A DNA stretch of 64,000 nucleotides from Amoebophrya sp. A120. Lineage: Eukaryota; Protista; Dinoflagellata. This document shows positions 49,417-64,000 of the stretch, in pieces (position 1 is the stretch's first letter; every line of letters starts with the position of its first letter). The stretch covers positions 248,001 to 312,000 of the forward strand of contig CAJINV010000020.1 of assembly GCA_905178155.1 (NCBI GenBank), read 5' to 3'. A model generated the notes under the pieces. It saw only the letters and a list, made by a program, of their open reading frames with translations, had not been told where the DNA came from and did not search any database. The translations under genes and the position numbers were made by a program.

Positions 49417-51485
49417 ATGTCGATCCCTGTGTACGGAAGGAGAAGAGGGTGGGTGCCTCGCAACCCGGGGGACTTTGGGGATGGCGGCGCGTTCCCGGAA
49501 ATTCTGGTGCCGCAATACCCATTGTTGATGGGAAAGCCGGGTGTAAAGCCTACGGGAGGAGGTAAAGAGCAATTTGTTTATAACTGTTTCTTGACGTAAA
49601 ACTTGGAGTTTTCATCGCTCTACTCCCCGCAGAGGAGGTTGTTGTTCGAGCAAGTTTTCATCTACTTCCCTGCTGCCCCTGAATATAATGGATGCAAAGA
49701 GCAGCCACCGCAGAATTTTGAATTGCGCAATAAGATCGATGTTCAAAAATCCTCCAACATCAACTACTACTACCTACAGATAACAAGACCATCGCCCTCC
49801 AAACGGGGGCGGACGGAAAAATCGCGTACGATGCGATCGCCCGCCAGGGTCGGTCCGCGGACAAGCTCGCGGTGTACACCAACGCCGCGTCCATGAAGGA
49901 AAAATGGTCCCGCTCGGAGGCACTAGTGAGGCCCGAAGCGGAGGTGGACGCCGTGAACACGAGTCGGACGCAGCTCGCGCTGCAAGAAATATTGAAGAAA
50001 AAAGTGTCCGTGGCAGCTTCCCAACTAAATCCGGGCGGAAACGAGAAAAAGTCCAACTTTGTGAAGTACACGCCCGACGAGGACGCGCCGGGGTATAACC
50101 CCGAGGCCGCGAACCGGGTCATCAAAATCACGGAGCGAGCGGTGGACCCGCTGATGCCACCAAGGTTCAAGCACAAGAAAGTGCCAAGAGGACCAGGTAT
50201 AGAAATCGAAATGACAATAGATATTACCGGTAGTGTTTCAGTTTGACACCTCAACATCTAGGATTACATGAACAAAGTACGTATTTCTACTGTACTACTC
50301 CACTTCCACCAGCAATATCGCACGATATAAAAATTACCTACAACTCTAGGCACCCCTCCCCCGCCGCGGCACCATTCCCCCCCGAGAAAACTGACCGCCG
50401 CGGACCAGAAGGCGTGGATAATACCGCCGTGCGTGTCCAACTGGAAAAACAACCGCGGGTACACCATCCCATTGGACAAACGTATCGCCGCGGACGGAAG
50501 GAATCTGCAGGACAGTATCGTGTCCGACGGCCACGCCGAGATGGCGGAATCGCTTTACCAGGCCGAGATGAAGGCGCGCGAAGAGGTCCAGATCCGCGCC
50601 AACCTCGCCCGGCAACGGAAGATCGAGGACGCGCAGACCGCGGAGGAGGAGATGAAAAAGGCGGCGCGGGAGGCCCGGGAAGCGGCGCTGCAGCTGCAGG
50701 GCACGGCCAGACAGCGACAAGATTTGGAATCGAAGGACGAGCAAGACCGGCGATACAGGGAGGAAATCGCAAAAGAGAACAGGAGAGAAGTGGAGAGGCA
50801 ATTTAGGATGGACAAAGCGGGGAACAAGAAACGTATTGATATATTGGGGTTTTTTGTCAACATTTAGAAGCGTTTTTTTGTGCCGCATACTGTGAGTTCC
50901 GGATAGGAACAGCATGCATTTTTGACCTGGACATTACATACCTTGGTGCATGAACAAAAATAAAAATTCTCTACTGATCCGATTTTTCTAGTTGAGAATC
51001 TGCATCGTCGTTCAGTATGTTGTAAAGACCAAAAGATATTTCTAAGCAACTCCGCAAACTACACGACGTGATACTCTACAGGCGGCCGCGACCGCGACGA
51101 GGAGCGCGACGTGTCGGAGCGCGTGGCGCTCGGGCAGAAGGTCCAGCCGACGCGACAGGAGACGCTGTACGACACGCGTCTGATGAACCAGTCCGCGGGA
51201 ATGGACGCTGGGTTCGGCTCCGACGAGCGGTACCAAGTGTTTGATAAGCCGCTGTTCACGGAGAAGGACAGCAACAATTTCTACAAGCACGACAAGGACC
51301 GCCTGGAAGACGGCACCAAGGGGCTCGGGTTCGGGCAAAACGACGAGCTCGGGCAGAGCGAGCGCGACGCCGGGAAGTTCGGCGTGTCGGTGCAGTTTGA
51401 GCGGGACGAGGAGGCGGACAAGGACAAAGACGACTTCGGGGTCGATCGCATGTACAAAAAAGCCAAGCGGGACGAAATTTGGTGA
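49417..51485 (+). CDS. SNW1: SNW/SKIP (Prp45) spliceosomal protein, 4 exons
   Basis: DFGDGGAFPEI.VPQYPL.MG, DPLMPPRFKHKKVPRGP, WIIPPCVSNWKNNRGYTIPLDKR.AADGR, RDVSERVALG, YDTRLMNQ, VQFE. Confidence 0.96.
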
Positions 51486-53667
51486 AGAGCGTCGACCTGG
51501 TCCACTTCGATGTCTGCGTTCGTTTTCAGCATGACTACTTCCCGGCCTTTGAGTGTGTAGGCTGTAGGCGGAACAGCGCCATGATTTATGTGCTGTTATG
51601 GCCACTGGGACGGCGGCGCAGGGGACCTGGTGTTTGTGCCGGGATGAAGAAAATTGTGCATACTGACACAAACGCGATCTTCTTCGCAGCACTTGGCGAC
51701 ATTTTGGCATAAGGGAAAAGAAAACACATGCGACACATCATATAATACAAACATCGCTTGAGCCTGAGGCAGGGCCGTCGTCACTGGCTTTGCAAAACGC
51801 CGGCAGTCGTGTTCCTCGGGTCGGAAATTTCTATGTGCGATTCGATGTTTCCGGTTCGAATTGAAGTGAAAGTTCAAGGTTTCATGTGCAGGAAGCGGAA
51901 GCTGTGTGAAGCGAGATCTGGGACTTGGATCATACGGAAAATTTTCAAGGACCACGCAAATTTGCGATCAAGAATTGGAGGAGCCTGCGCGAAAAGCGCG
52001 AAACTAGTATGCCCATATTCTGCCAGAATATAGTACGTGTTGTCGAGTTTTAGTTTTGGAAAAAACCTTCGTTTCGTCGCAATTTCGTTTGGGTATTCGA
52101 GTGTGTGTAGCGTTAAACATGTACTTCCGCGTGTCTTTCTCCTACGGCGGGTCACTTGCAAGGTAAGTGCTCGAATTGGAAGTCGCTGAGATACAGATAG
52201 GCTGGGGCTTCGTGGCAAAAATCGTGCGAAGCTTCATACGGTCGTTTTCGCGGGAAAAAAATGCCAGTCGCTTGTGTGATCGAATGATAACCAGATGGAT
52301 AGAACCCTCGTTCCTTGTCTTGTCGCTCAGAGTGAGCATCAACTAGCTTTCGCAGCTCGGACAAGGATGCACTTTCTCGTGATAACAAGGAAGGACATTC
52401 GGATCGTGCACAGCCTAACGAGGCGTGCGCATCAATTTGTCATATCAGTGAAGTAGAGCGCTGCAGCAGCAGTAGAACTACGACAGCCCCCCTCCTCCTT
52501 TCGTGGATTGATTTGAAATTAACACTGTACGAGGACGAACGGCACTGCTACAAACATGGCTACAGCTGCGAGTCGAACCGGTCCTCTGCTGGAGGTCCCA
52601 CAACGCGGCTCTCTCGGTAGCGTGCCTTCGGTCATCCTGCCTGCGCAAAGGGATCGCCCTTTTATTTGCGCCCCGGTCCAGGAGATTACCGGGCGCCAGC
52701 AGGTGAAACTGGAGGGAAGCCGCAACGTGTCCTCCGATAATCTATTGCCCGACACCGTCTCGCCAAACAAGGGGCAGCCGGTGTTGTGTCTGCCCATGAT
52801 CAAGCCGTCCTCTTGTGCGGCTGGTGTGGTATTGGGTAGTTTCGGAGTACTACTACCTGCCTTTCCGCCGACGAAAAAAAGGGGTAAAGGAGCAACAGGA
52901 GAATCGTCAGTAAACGGCAGACGCCAGCCGGGGAGTGGGGGAAGTAGCCCAAGCAGAGGTGCGCTTCATCAGCTTGCTACAACTCGTGTCTATTTTCGGA
53001 ACAAGTGCGACCTCAGTAAACCACAGAACCGTGGTACCACACCAGACGTTTTGAATACGTTTTATTTCTGACGACGTGCAGAAGTTTAAAATGCAACGAT
53101 GTTATAGACGATGGCTGTTGCAGCAGAGAACAAGAGCAACAGCGGAGAAGACCAGGTGCGTTCCTACGCGGCGAAGTGCAAGAAAAACGGCGACAGCAGC
53201 CGTCTTGCCAGACTGTTCGGCGAAGACCTTGCCAACTTGTAATTAACATTTGTCTAGGCCGGAAATCGAAATAACTTAGTCGGGACGCAAAATCTCCGGT
53301 CACGGCCTTTTGCTCTAGCAGTATGGAAACATTTGGATTTGAGATCAAGAGCAGGATCATGCTGACCAGCAATACTGAAGAAGTCCTCGGTTGGAAGATC
53401 TGTGGGCGTGGTGAAAAATGCAGATCTATTTGTTTCATCGTCTCGCTGGCCCGTTTCTGAACATCTGATGAAATAATAACAGACAGTGAAGGATACGAAA
53501 AGCAAAAAGTACCTACGCAGATACAACATCACTTTTATTTGACGCTACGACTCTCTATTATCGCGGCCAAGCGACGTTTTATTTCGTTGTACTACATCCA
53601 CCTTCGTTTACCTCGTCTATCTTTCTTACCCCTCACCTACACCTAGAAGCAAAACGAGCAGCCCAGC

Positions 53668-54603
53668 ATGGTGTTTATGATTCTGCAAGTGAAGGCGGAC
53701 CTGGAGAACCTGGACAAGCTTGTGTTTCCCCCGGACCATTTCTGGACCATGGATATCAAGAACTCGCAGGCGGAAGAGTACCGGGAAAGAATAACGGTGA
53801 ACAAGGACGATAAAGTCGAGATTCCCAACACAAAGAACGCCACGGCAAACTTTTTGGTGAAATGGGAGGACGCGAAGCAGCACAGCAGTATTTTTTTTTT
53901 TTTTGCGAAAGTGACGTTGTATCTATCCCATGGCTATTTCCGCCGGAAGAAGATGTCGGGAGCAAGTGATATGGGATTGGGCAAGAGCCGCTGCTGCGGC
54001 TACTTACTTCCCCCTGTTCTTGCGCGACTCGTGTGCAGAAGCCCAGGTCTGTACAAAGAAATTCCTGTGTCTGCTGCTGCAAAGTCTCACGTGGCAACCG
54101 ACCAAATTCTGCATAAACAGGTATCAGCATCGCGGAGCCTTCGCGAACAGGGCCTTTGAAGGGAAAAAAACTCGACGGGGAATACACCAACAGCGGGCAG
54201 TGGCAAGACATTGTAGCCTTCGAGTGCAGAGGAGCGGAGCCCTGCAAATACTACCCAACCCGGGGCTACGTGGTCGTGAATGCCAAGGGGAACTACATTC
54301 CAGACGTATAAACTTAGTGACTTTTGTCCTCAAGCAACTGTAATGCAATGTATGAAAGTTCGAAGTCGAGTTTCGTTTTCGATTCTACTACTACTTCTAC
54401 TACTACTCTGCTACTACTCTACTACTACTACTTCTGCAGTACGTCGAAGCTCGCATTTTAAATGGATTGCGATAGTTGAAAACAAACCTCATGAACAGGT
54501 CGACCTGGAGGATCCCGAGGGTTGGTGCGGCTACGACGAGCAACAACAGGATTCGATCGGCGTTTACAACTTCGAAGCGAGGTTTGTCCATGTGAAAAAG
54601 TAA
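53668..54603 (+). CDS. CZIB: DUF866 / CXXC zinc-binding protein (C1orf123-like), 3 exons
   Basis: LQVKADLENL, ANFLVKW, IVAFECRGAEP, VDLED..WCGYDE...SIGV; two GT-AG introns. Confidence 0.85.
54386..54432. repeat. Imperfect (CTA)n microsatellite in intron
   Basis: ctactactacttctactactactctgctactactctactactactac. Confidence 0.8.
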
Positions 54604-55393
54604 ACCTAAACACCCGGTGAGCATTGACATAAGCATAAAGCAGCGCAGCGACAAAAAAGGAAAAAGGAATATAACTACTTGGCCCTTAGGTGGGTAGAAA
54701 AAAAAATAAATCACCAGATGAGAAAACAACTCGCAATCAAATGAGTCCACACCACTACTGAAAGGGTGTGTCGTCCGCCATACAACATGGTGAGCCTCTC
54801 GCTTGTTCGTACATAGTGTAATTTTTCATAGTGCAATGTATGAAGTAGACGGAGAACGACTGCGTCGTTAGTATCACACCCCCGAACACAAGCTGCAATC
54901 GCGGCGAAGTTTCATTTTCGTGATGAGCAGCACTTCGTTGGCGCTTCGTATCGACTCGTTTTCGTTAATATCGAGCCATATGGATGAGTTCTTCGTGTAT
55001 AGGCTGACATGTTGTAATATCGGGAGTGAAAGAGCATTCGAATTCGTTGTCGCTTCTTCTTGGCTGCTTCGTCGCGATCTTTCGGAAGTGCTATCGAATC
55101 GTGCTGGTCCGTCGGGCAAGAATCTTATCGTTTATTTTGCTCAGTTTTTTTGGCTAAGCAGGATTTTTTTACCCCGTCGACTTTCTGACTCTGTTTTGTT
55201 GAAGCAGGCAGTCCTTCTCTGCTTCATTTCTTTACGAAAAGTATTTACAGCATCAACCACCGACAAATCCAGTTATTTTTTCTTCCACCACAGGGGGGTA
55301 ATTGTGGTGCGTGTTAGTTTCATTTTGTACTGGAAAAGTAAACGGCTCTTAGTAGAAGAAGCCGGTTACTAACCGTAGTCCGAAATCTTCAAG

Positions 55394-57098
55394 ATGGGTA
55401 ACTGCTTCTGCCCGAAATCAGAAGCTGCCGGGGTGGAGCTGCGGGAGGAACAGCCGGTCGATGGAAGGGAAAAAAGGCCTGCGCACACTTTCACCAACGG
55501 AGCGGTGTATACCGGAGAGTGGGTAAACGACTCGCGGGACGGCTACGGCACCCAGAATTGGCCAGACGGAGCGGTGTATGAAGGTATCTATAAGTGGTAG
55601 CAGTGCGATTTCGTATCATGTATAGGTGTAGGCATGAACTTCCCTGAAGACTGCTGGACTCTCAGCATTGTATGTGAGGCGCAATACAAAAAACTCAATT
55701 GCAAAGGTCAATGGAAGGACGATAAGGCACATGGCTTCGGAAAGTTTATCCACACGGATGGAGACATATACGAAGGGCAGTGGCACGCGGATAAGGCACA
55801 AGGGGACGGAACTTACTACCACGAAGACGGCTCAAAATACACCGGGCAGTGGTAACTACAACTTGCTGTTTCAGGTCTTTGTTATTGCGGTTGGTCATGC
55901 GAAAATACACATCACAACCACAAGAGAGTACCGGTGACGGTGTGTTTTGCAGGACCACATGACATCAGATGAAAATGCAACATCATTCAAAACTCATAAT
56001 ACCAGGCACGAAGATAAGCAGCACGGGTACGGCGTAGAGCAGTGGCCAGACGGTGCGAAGTATGAAGGGCAGTATGTCGCGGGAAAGAAGGAAGGCGAAG
56101 GACGATTCAGCTGGGACGATGGTATAGTAGAAGTGTACAGCACGACTTCTTTGCGATTGGTACGCCAAAAACGCATGACAGAGAAACTTGAAATTTCCAG
56201 TAGCAGCGCGAGCAGCGGTTCTTGCACAAGGCGGGTTACTACTAGTGTCATACGAAAACAAAGTACATGAAAACTCACAGGTTCATCCTACAAGGGCGAA
56301 TTCAAGCTGAACGAAATTCATATGAGAACGAGAAAGTGGAGATAATTACCGTGACGTCCTCCGGTTTACGCTGACATGCATAGAATACCGCGTTCAATAA
56401 AAGGCGTAAAAAGCCCTGTGTGCCGTTTGCGAAGCATGAAGGTAGTCTGTCGCTGTTGCAGCGATCTTGTTTATTATATTCGTTTTACCACAGTACAACG
56501 TCGCAATCGCGATCATTATCTCACTTCTCCCCTTGCACACCCCACGGCCTCGGCGTGTACGTGTGGGCGGACGGGCGACGCTTCGAGGGCCAGTGGCAGA
56601 AGTCGCGGATGCACGGTAGCGGCACGTTTTCCTGGAGCGACGGGCGAGTTTACAAGGGCGAGTACAACAACGACCAGAAGCACGGCTTCGGCGAGTTCAC
56701 CTGGCCAGACGGACGAAAATACGCGGGCCAGTGGTTCAACGCCAAGCAACACGGTTCGGGCACCTACACTATGCATTGCAAAAATATCTGGGTCTGGGAA
56801 GTTGAAACTTGTAATGCTAGCTTTACATTACTGAGAAATCAGTTTTGCATAAGCAACAAACGACGCAGCCGCTTTTGTCATGCAAAAACGCAGTTTCTCA
56901 TGCGGACTTCCTATAAAAAAGCAGTCTGTCTGGAATGTTGTCCTGCTGGGCTGCATTCGGAAGTGTTTCCATCATCCCCATTTTAGCATCACAAGTTTCC
57001 AGACCCAGACATATTTGCATTTGATATACACCAACGTCAAGGGCGAATCGCGGGAGGGCGTCTGGGAAGAGGGACGGAGGATCAAGTGGAACAATTAA
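55394..57098 (+). CDS. MORN-repeat protein with predicted N-terminal acylation (MGNCFC)
   Basis: Tandem YxGxWxxxxxHGxG repeats across ~6 exons; N-terminal MG plus Cys. Confidence 0.92.
56769..57030 (+). mobile_element. Introner family B (CT-CA), inverted relative to transcription compared with 44940 and 23918
   Basis: TIR TAT..TGCAAA.AT.TCTGGGTCTGG; perfect TSD TACAC; restores GTY-TNVKG. Confidence 0.9.
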
Positions 57099-57977
57099 GG
57101 TCGAAGTTGTAAATAAAAATCCCTAAAACGACCCTGGTGTGCTATGGAGTGACTCATGATCAAACCAACAATTATTCAATTTAGCAACAGATTGAGACCT
57201 GTAGAACAATGCTGCAATCTAGAAAGTTTCAAGTTCAACGTATGGCTGTGTTTCTGCGCAATGGAAAATATGGTGTATGCAGTGTCGTGATAATGATCAG
57301 ATAAAATGTTTCAGATGTCGTCGTGGAAAGCAACACAGACGTAATAGGGTTTTATTCTTGTAAAAAACTGTAAATCAGTTGTGTAAGACAGGGGGAACGG
57401 AGGTATCGTAAATTTCTCCCAAACAGTCGGAATAACTGATCCCGTGGGCGCATCCTCTGATGGCGGTGCACTGAGAAACCAAAACAGGCACAGTGATTGC
57501 ACCTTCACACGCGCACGACAGACGGTACTGAAGTTGCAGATATGCTAATGTACCAAAATTGCAAGATAGAAGGACGAGGAAAAAATTCTCGCTTTGATGG
57601 GGTTTTTCCATTGGTGTCTGCTAAATGAGACGGTTGAAGCGCATACGTATGTTTTCTTTCCCACGTCGATGGAGCCCGTGTTGTTTGGGTTTCTTTTTTC
57701 TGCTTCAACGTGGTCTGCTTTTTCGCATCGGACTTTTGTCGTTCTGCTTCTTCCTTTCGGAGTTTTTTCGGTCCTAGTGTTGATCATGGAAAATCCGCGT
57801 CGGTCTTACGATCAGAATAGGATCCACGTAACATCGGACAGACGGCATTAAATCTCTAAAAGCACAGCACAAATAAGAGTCCCGATTAAGTACTTCCACT
57901 TTTTTTAGTTGAAGCGATCTTTATTACTCTCGTTTTGAAAAACTACCGAAATCGCGCTATCGAAACAAAAACAAAAA

Positions 57978-60041
<2,064 letters not shown>

Positions 60042-61063
60042 GTAGAACCTCCAGACGGAAGTAGTGCGGCTTCTTTTTGCAAATTCGTGAGCGATATGGC
60101 CTACGAAGATTTTGTGGTGCGCATCTATAATCCCGCACGATGATCATCAGTGTCACCCCAGCGATAGATGATAGAACCGCTCCTGCTGTATTTACATAAG
60201 ATAGAAACACGAGAAGCTCTACATGAAAACGAAACTACACAACGAACTTCAGCGATCGATTACAAGATGTTGATGCTCTATATCACTGTTTTGCTTTATA
60301 TCAACAATGAACCGAGCAGCTATCATGTTGTCGCGAGAGCACATGTCTGTAGCTAGTATCAATATGTACATTACTCATCCTAGCGATCGACTACATGCTT
60401 TCACGGTGTCGTTTTCTTGCACGAGAGGCAGGAAAGCGTGCCGGTATCGCTGTACATATAACACTGCACTGGACGGTAATTGAACAAGTCAGGTTTTGCA
60501 AAGGACAATATTGTGTCGTCAAAAATATTGAAAATGCTTGTCAAAGTGGTCCTGTGTTGCAGGACAACAAGGTTTAGAGGGCACGAGAAAGTGTCATCTA
60601 TGTCGAAGCTGCTCGGGCGCTGTTGCAATCACTACAGAGCAGACACTCCACTACCAGTGTGAATTCGGTGCCGGCTTCTGTGAGTCGCCGTTGCAACAAT
60701 CTTCGGGAAATACAATCGAAAAGTCGGTTATTCAAGGTCGGACTGTACTCGGTTTGAAGGTGACAAAATAATGTCCGGAGCACTGGAGCGTGTCTGCGCA
60801 AGTCAATGTTTTCGGCCCCCGTCGATTGGCCTAGACAGAAAGAGGTGTCGGTCTCCCTTGTTTGAAGTAGTCGCAGCATCACCTTCGTCCAATCGGTCCG
60901 CGTTTGTTCTTGTAGCGGATTTGTATTAGTGTTTTTTTGTAGAGCACGGACCGAAAAGCAATGACAAAGAAACGAGGCTTCGCAACGCACGAGTTCTTAC
61001 CCAGGAGCCCTTTGCTGGTACTTCACTCATCCCAGTAATAAAACTGGCACGACCACATCACGT

Positions 61064-61803
61064 ATGACCAATCAATTAACCAGAACGCGCGCCCCACGTG
61101 GTGGTGTGTGGGCGTGTGTCTCTCGCATGGCACTCGTATATTTTTTCAGCAGAACCGTTGTCCTCCGCTGCAACGGTCTGCAGTTTCGTCAAATTGCATC
61201 GGATCGGAAATTCTTCGGGAAAGATCAGATGAGGGACAGCAGCTCCACGCCCGCATTCCCAGTTTTGTCGGAGTCACACACGATCCTAGAATCGCCCAGC
61301 GCGCTGCTGGAAAGCTTTGAAGGACCTCGTAACTGGAGAACGGAAGAGGCAGACTTTGAGGCCGAGAGGGGGCTGGCAGATGGCAGAATTCAAAGCGTCC
61401 CTGTTTCGATGGGCAGTCAAAGCTTCCCTGGTTCGACGCGCAGTCAAAGCTTCCCTGGTTCGACGCGCAGTCAAAGCTTCCCTGGTTCATCGACGCGCAG
61501 TCAAAGCCGGCAGGCAGGTGGCGAAGATGGGTCATTGACTGCAGCCGGTGGTGGCGGGTCGGAAGTTGTGGACCCGGACACGGAGGTACGGAGTTCTTCA
61601 TGCTCAATTTTACTAGCAGCCGAGCCATATATATTCCAATCTTCGCAGTTGATTCCGGCTACAGTCATGTACCTAAGCTTCTATTTTGATCGTACATTGC
61701 AACATATGTATTCCAAAAGGCATAACGAGCACCAGCAAGCAAAAGAGGCAGGGCGCGGAAGCGGGAGAAAAAAAAGCCCGCTGTTCATCATCGCTGCCGA
61801 GCG
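61064..61803 (+). CDS. Putative secreted protein of unknown function (5' part; downstream structure obscured by assembly errors)
   Basis: Long ORF with hydrophobic N-terminal stretch and SQSFPGSTR repeats; co-oriented with the block. Confidence 0.4.
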
Positions 61804-62419
61804 NTCAAATTGCATCGGATCGGAAATTCTTCGGGAAAGATCAGATGAGGGACAGCAGCTCCACGCCCGCATTCCCAGTTTTGTCGGAGTCACACACGAT
61901 CCTAGAATCGCCCAGCGCGCTGCTGGAAAGCTTTGAAGGACCTCGTAACTGGAGAACGGAAGAGGCAGACTTTGAGGCCGAGAGGGGGCTGGCAGATGGC
62001 AGAATTCAAAGCGTCCCTGTTTCGATGGGCAGTCAAAGCTTCCCTGGTTCGACGCGCAGTCAAAGCTTCCCTGGTTCGACGCGCAGTCAAAGCTTCCCTG
62101 GTTCATCGACGCGCAGTCAAAGCCGGCAGGCAGGTGGCGAAGATGGGTCATTGACTGCAGCCGGTGGTGGCGGGTCGGAAGTTGTGGACCCGGACACGGA
62201 GGTACGGAGTTCTTCATGCTCAATTTTACTAGCAGCCGAGCCATATATATTCCAATCTTCGCAGTTGATTCCGGCTACAGTCATGTACCTAAGCTTCTAT
62301 TTTGATCGTACATTGCAACATATGTATTCCAAAAGGCATAACGAGCACCAGCAAGCAAAAGAGGCAGGGCGCGGAAGCGGGAGAAAAAAAAGCCCGCTGT
62401 TCATCATCGCTGCCGAGCG
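61189..62419. other. 615-bp tandem duplication split by a single N: probable scaffolding artefact
   Basis: 61189-61803 matches 61805-62419 with N at 61804. Confidence 0.85.
61413..61506 (+). repeat. 27-bp tandem repeat x3 (encodes SQSFPGSTR)
   Basis: gcagtcaaagcttccctggttcgacgc repeated; third unit has a 3-nt insertion. Confidence 0.85.
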
Positions 62420-63001
62420 GCCTTGCGCGAGCTCTCTGTTGCTGCGGATGCCCCGTCGCATGGATGCAAGCGAACCGGGTGGCCCGGATCCAGGGCCCCG
62501 ACATTGTTCGCGTGGCTTGATGACCAGAGGGCGTCCAGGCGACTCGGGACACAGTTTGGGGCTACGCGCCTCGGCTTTCAGGAGTATGCGCCGTCCGCAC
62601 CGGGTGGCCCGAATCGTGGTTCGCGGTGGCTGCCATCCGGCCTGAGCCCATTGCTTCTGCTTGCCCTCCGGCCTCCTCCGATTCAGTCCTGCAATCATTT
62701 CCTGCGATCTCCCCCGCCGACCTCCTCCTCCGGATCTCCGACCTCCTCCTTTGGCCCTCGCCCCGAATTCGTCAGGTCGGGCACGGGGGGGGGGAATTAC
62801 GGGCGCGAGGAGGAGGGGGAGGTCGGATGCGGGCCGGAGAAGGCCAGCAGCGGGATGGAGGAGGAGGTCGAGCTTGGGAAGGTGGAGGTCATGGGGGGCG
62901 GCAAAGGTAGCGGCCTTCTGAGGCGCTCGCGCACCTATTTCCGCCGATCTTGGGCACCCAAAAAGGGGCGCCGGAAAATTGGTGGAGGGGAAGAAAGAGC
63001 G

Positions 63002-63635
63002 NNNNNNNNNNNNNNNNNNNNNNNNNNNNNNNNNNNNNNNNNNNNNNNNNNNNNNNNNNNNNNNNNNNNNNNNNNNNNNNNNNNNNNNNNNNNNNNNNNN
63101 NNNNNNNNNNNNNNNNNNNNNNNNNNNNNNNNNNNNNNNNNNNNNNNNNNNNNNNNNNNNNNNNNNNNNNNNNNNNNNNNNNNNNNNNNNNNNNNNNNNN
63201 NNNNNNNNNNNNNNNNNNNNNNNNNNNNNNNNNNNNNNNNNNNNNNNNNNNNNNNNNNNNNNNNNNNNNNNNNNNNNNNNNNNNNNNNNNNNNNNNNNNN
63301 NNNNNNNNNNNNNNNNNNNNNNNNNNNNNNNNNNNNNNNNNNNNNNNNNNNNNNNNNNNNNNNNNNNNNNNNNNNNNNNNNNNNNNNNNNNNNNNNNNNN
63401 NNNNNNNNNNNNNNNNNNNNNNNNNNNNNNNNNNNNNNNNNNNNNNNNNNNNNNNNNNNNNNNNNNNNNNNNNNNNNNNNNNNNNNNNNNNNNNNNNNNN
63501 NNNNNNNNNNNNNNNNNNNNNNNNNNNNNNNNNNNNNNNNNNNNNNNNNNNNNNNNNNNNNNNNNNNNNNNNNNNNNNNNNNNNNNNNNNNNNNNNNNNN
63601 NNNNNNNNNNNNNNNNNNNNNNNNNNNNNNNNNNG
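63002..63635. other. Assembly gap with duplicated flanks
   Basis: Run of N; 62791-63001 recurs at 63636-63846. Confidence 0.95.
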
Positions 63636-64000
63636 GGGGAATTACGGGCGCGAGGAGGAGGGGGAGGTCGGATGCGGGCCGGAGAAGGCCAGCAGCGGGA
63701 TGGAGGAGGAGGTCGAGCTTGGGAAGGTGGAGGTCATGGGGGGCGGCAAAGGTAGCGGCCTTCTGAGGCGCTCGCGCACCTATTTCCGCCGATCTTGGGC
63801 ACCCAAAAAGGGGCGCCGGAAAATTGGTGGAGGGGAAGAAAGAGCGGGCCCGCATGGTATGGGCCTCATTTTGGCCTGTATTTGAAGGCCGCAAAGCCGG
63901 CCGAAAAAGTCGGCCATTTGTAATGCGGGGAGCAAGCCAAAAAGCGCGGCCCCTTAACAAAAAAGAACCAAAAAACGCAAAGTCCGCCAAAGGCAACAGG

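Noticed and set aside
51596-53071. Possible degraded retroelement or small gene between SNW1 and DUF866
   Set aside because: No RT, endonuclease or other motif that I can support
53888-54120. DUF866 intron 1 as a -1/+4 introner
   Set aside because: It has TAT/ATA-like ends, but only the GT-AG cut (+5) keeps the frame; counted as an exception
61413-61506. CRISPR-like array
   Set aside because: Head-to-tail 27-bp coding repeats with no spacers and no cas genes
61189-62419. Recent tandem gene duplication
   Set aside because: The copies look identical and are separated by a single N, typical of unmerged contig overlap
62791-63846. LTR-like direct repeats flanking an unknown insert
   Set aside because: The repeats border an N gap exactly; probably an overlap artefact

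Overview
Eukaryotic, intron-rich genomic DNA. The organism is most likely a Syndiniales dinoflagellate such as Amoebophrya; this is inferred from gene content, co-oriented gene blocks and inverted-repeat non-canonical introns. About 18 protein genes lie in two strictly unidirectional blocks that diverge from a ~4 kb strand-switch region (29.4-33.4 kb). Minus block: asparagine synthetase, five paralogs of an unrecognised MPPRR- family, an ER FKBP, PfpI/DJ-1, a coiled-coil protein, MsrB and a KEA/TMCO3-like antiporter. Plus block: eIF3a, a Ser/Thr-rich protein, SNW1/Prp45, DUF866, a MORN protein, a papain-family protease and a partial gene. The main signal is 26 hand-traced introns that look like non-autonomous DNA transposons (TAT...ATA terminal inverted repeats, 5-bp target-site duplications). 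They restore the reading frame when cut 1 nt before and 4 nt after the TIR stem, whatever the boundary dinucleotides and whichever way the element faces, and many carry a TTGTVATGC motif. All exon-intron structures were derived by eye without RNA data. The last 3 kb contains assembly artefacts.
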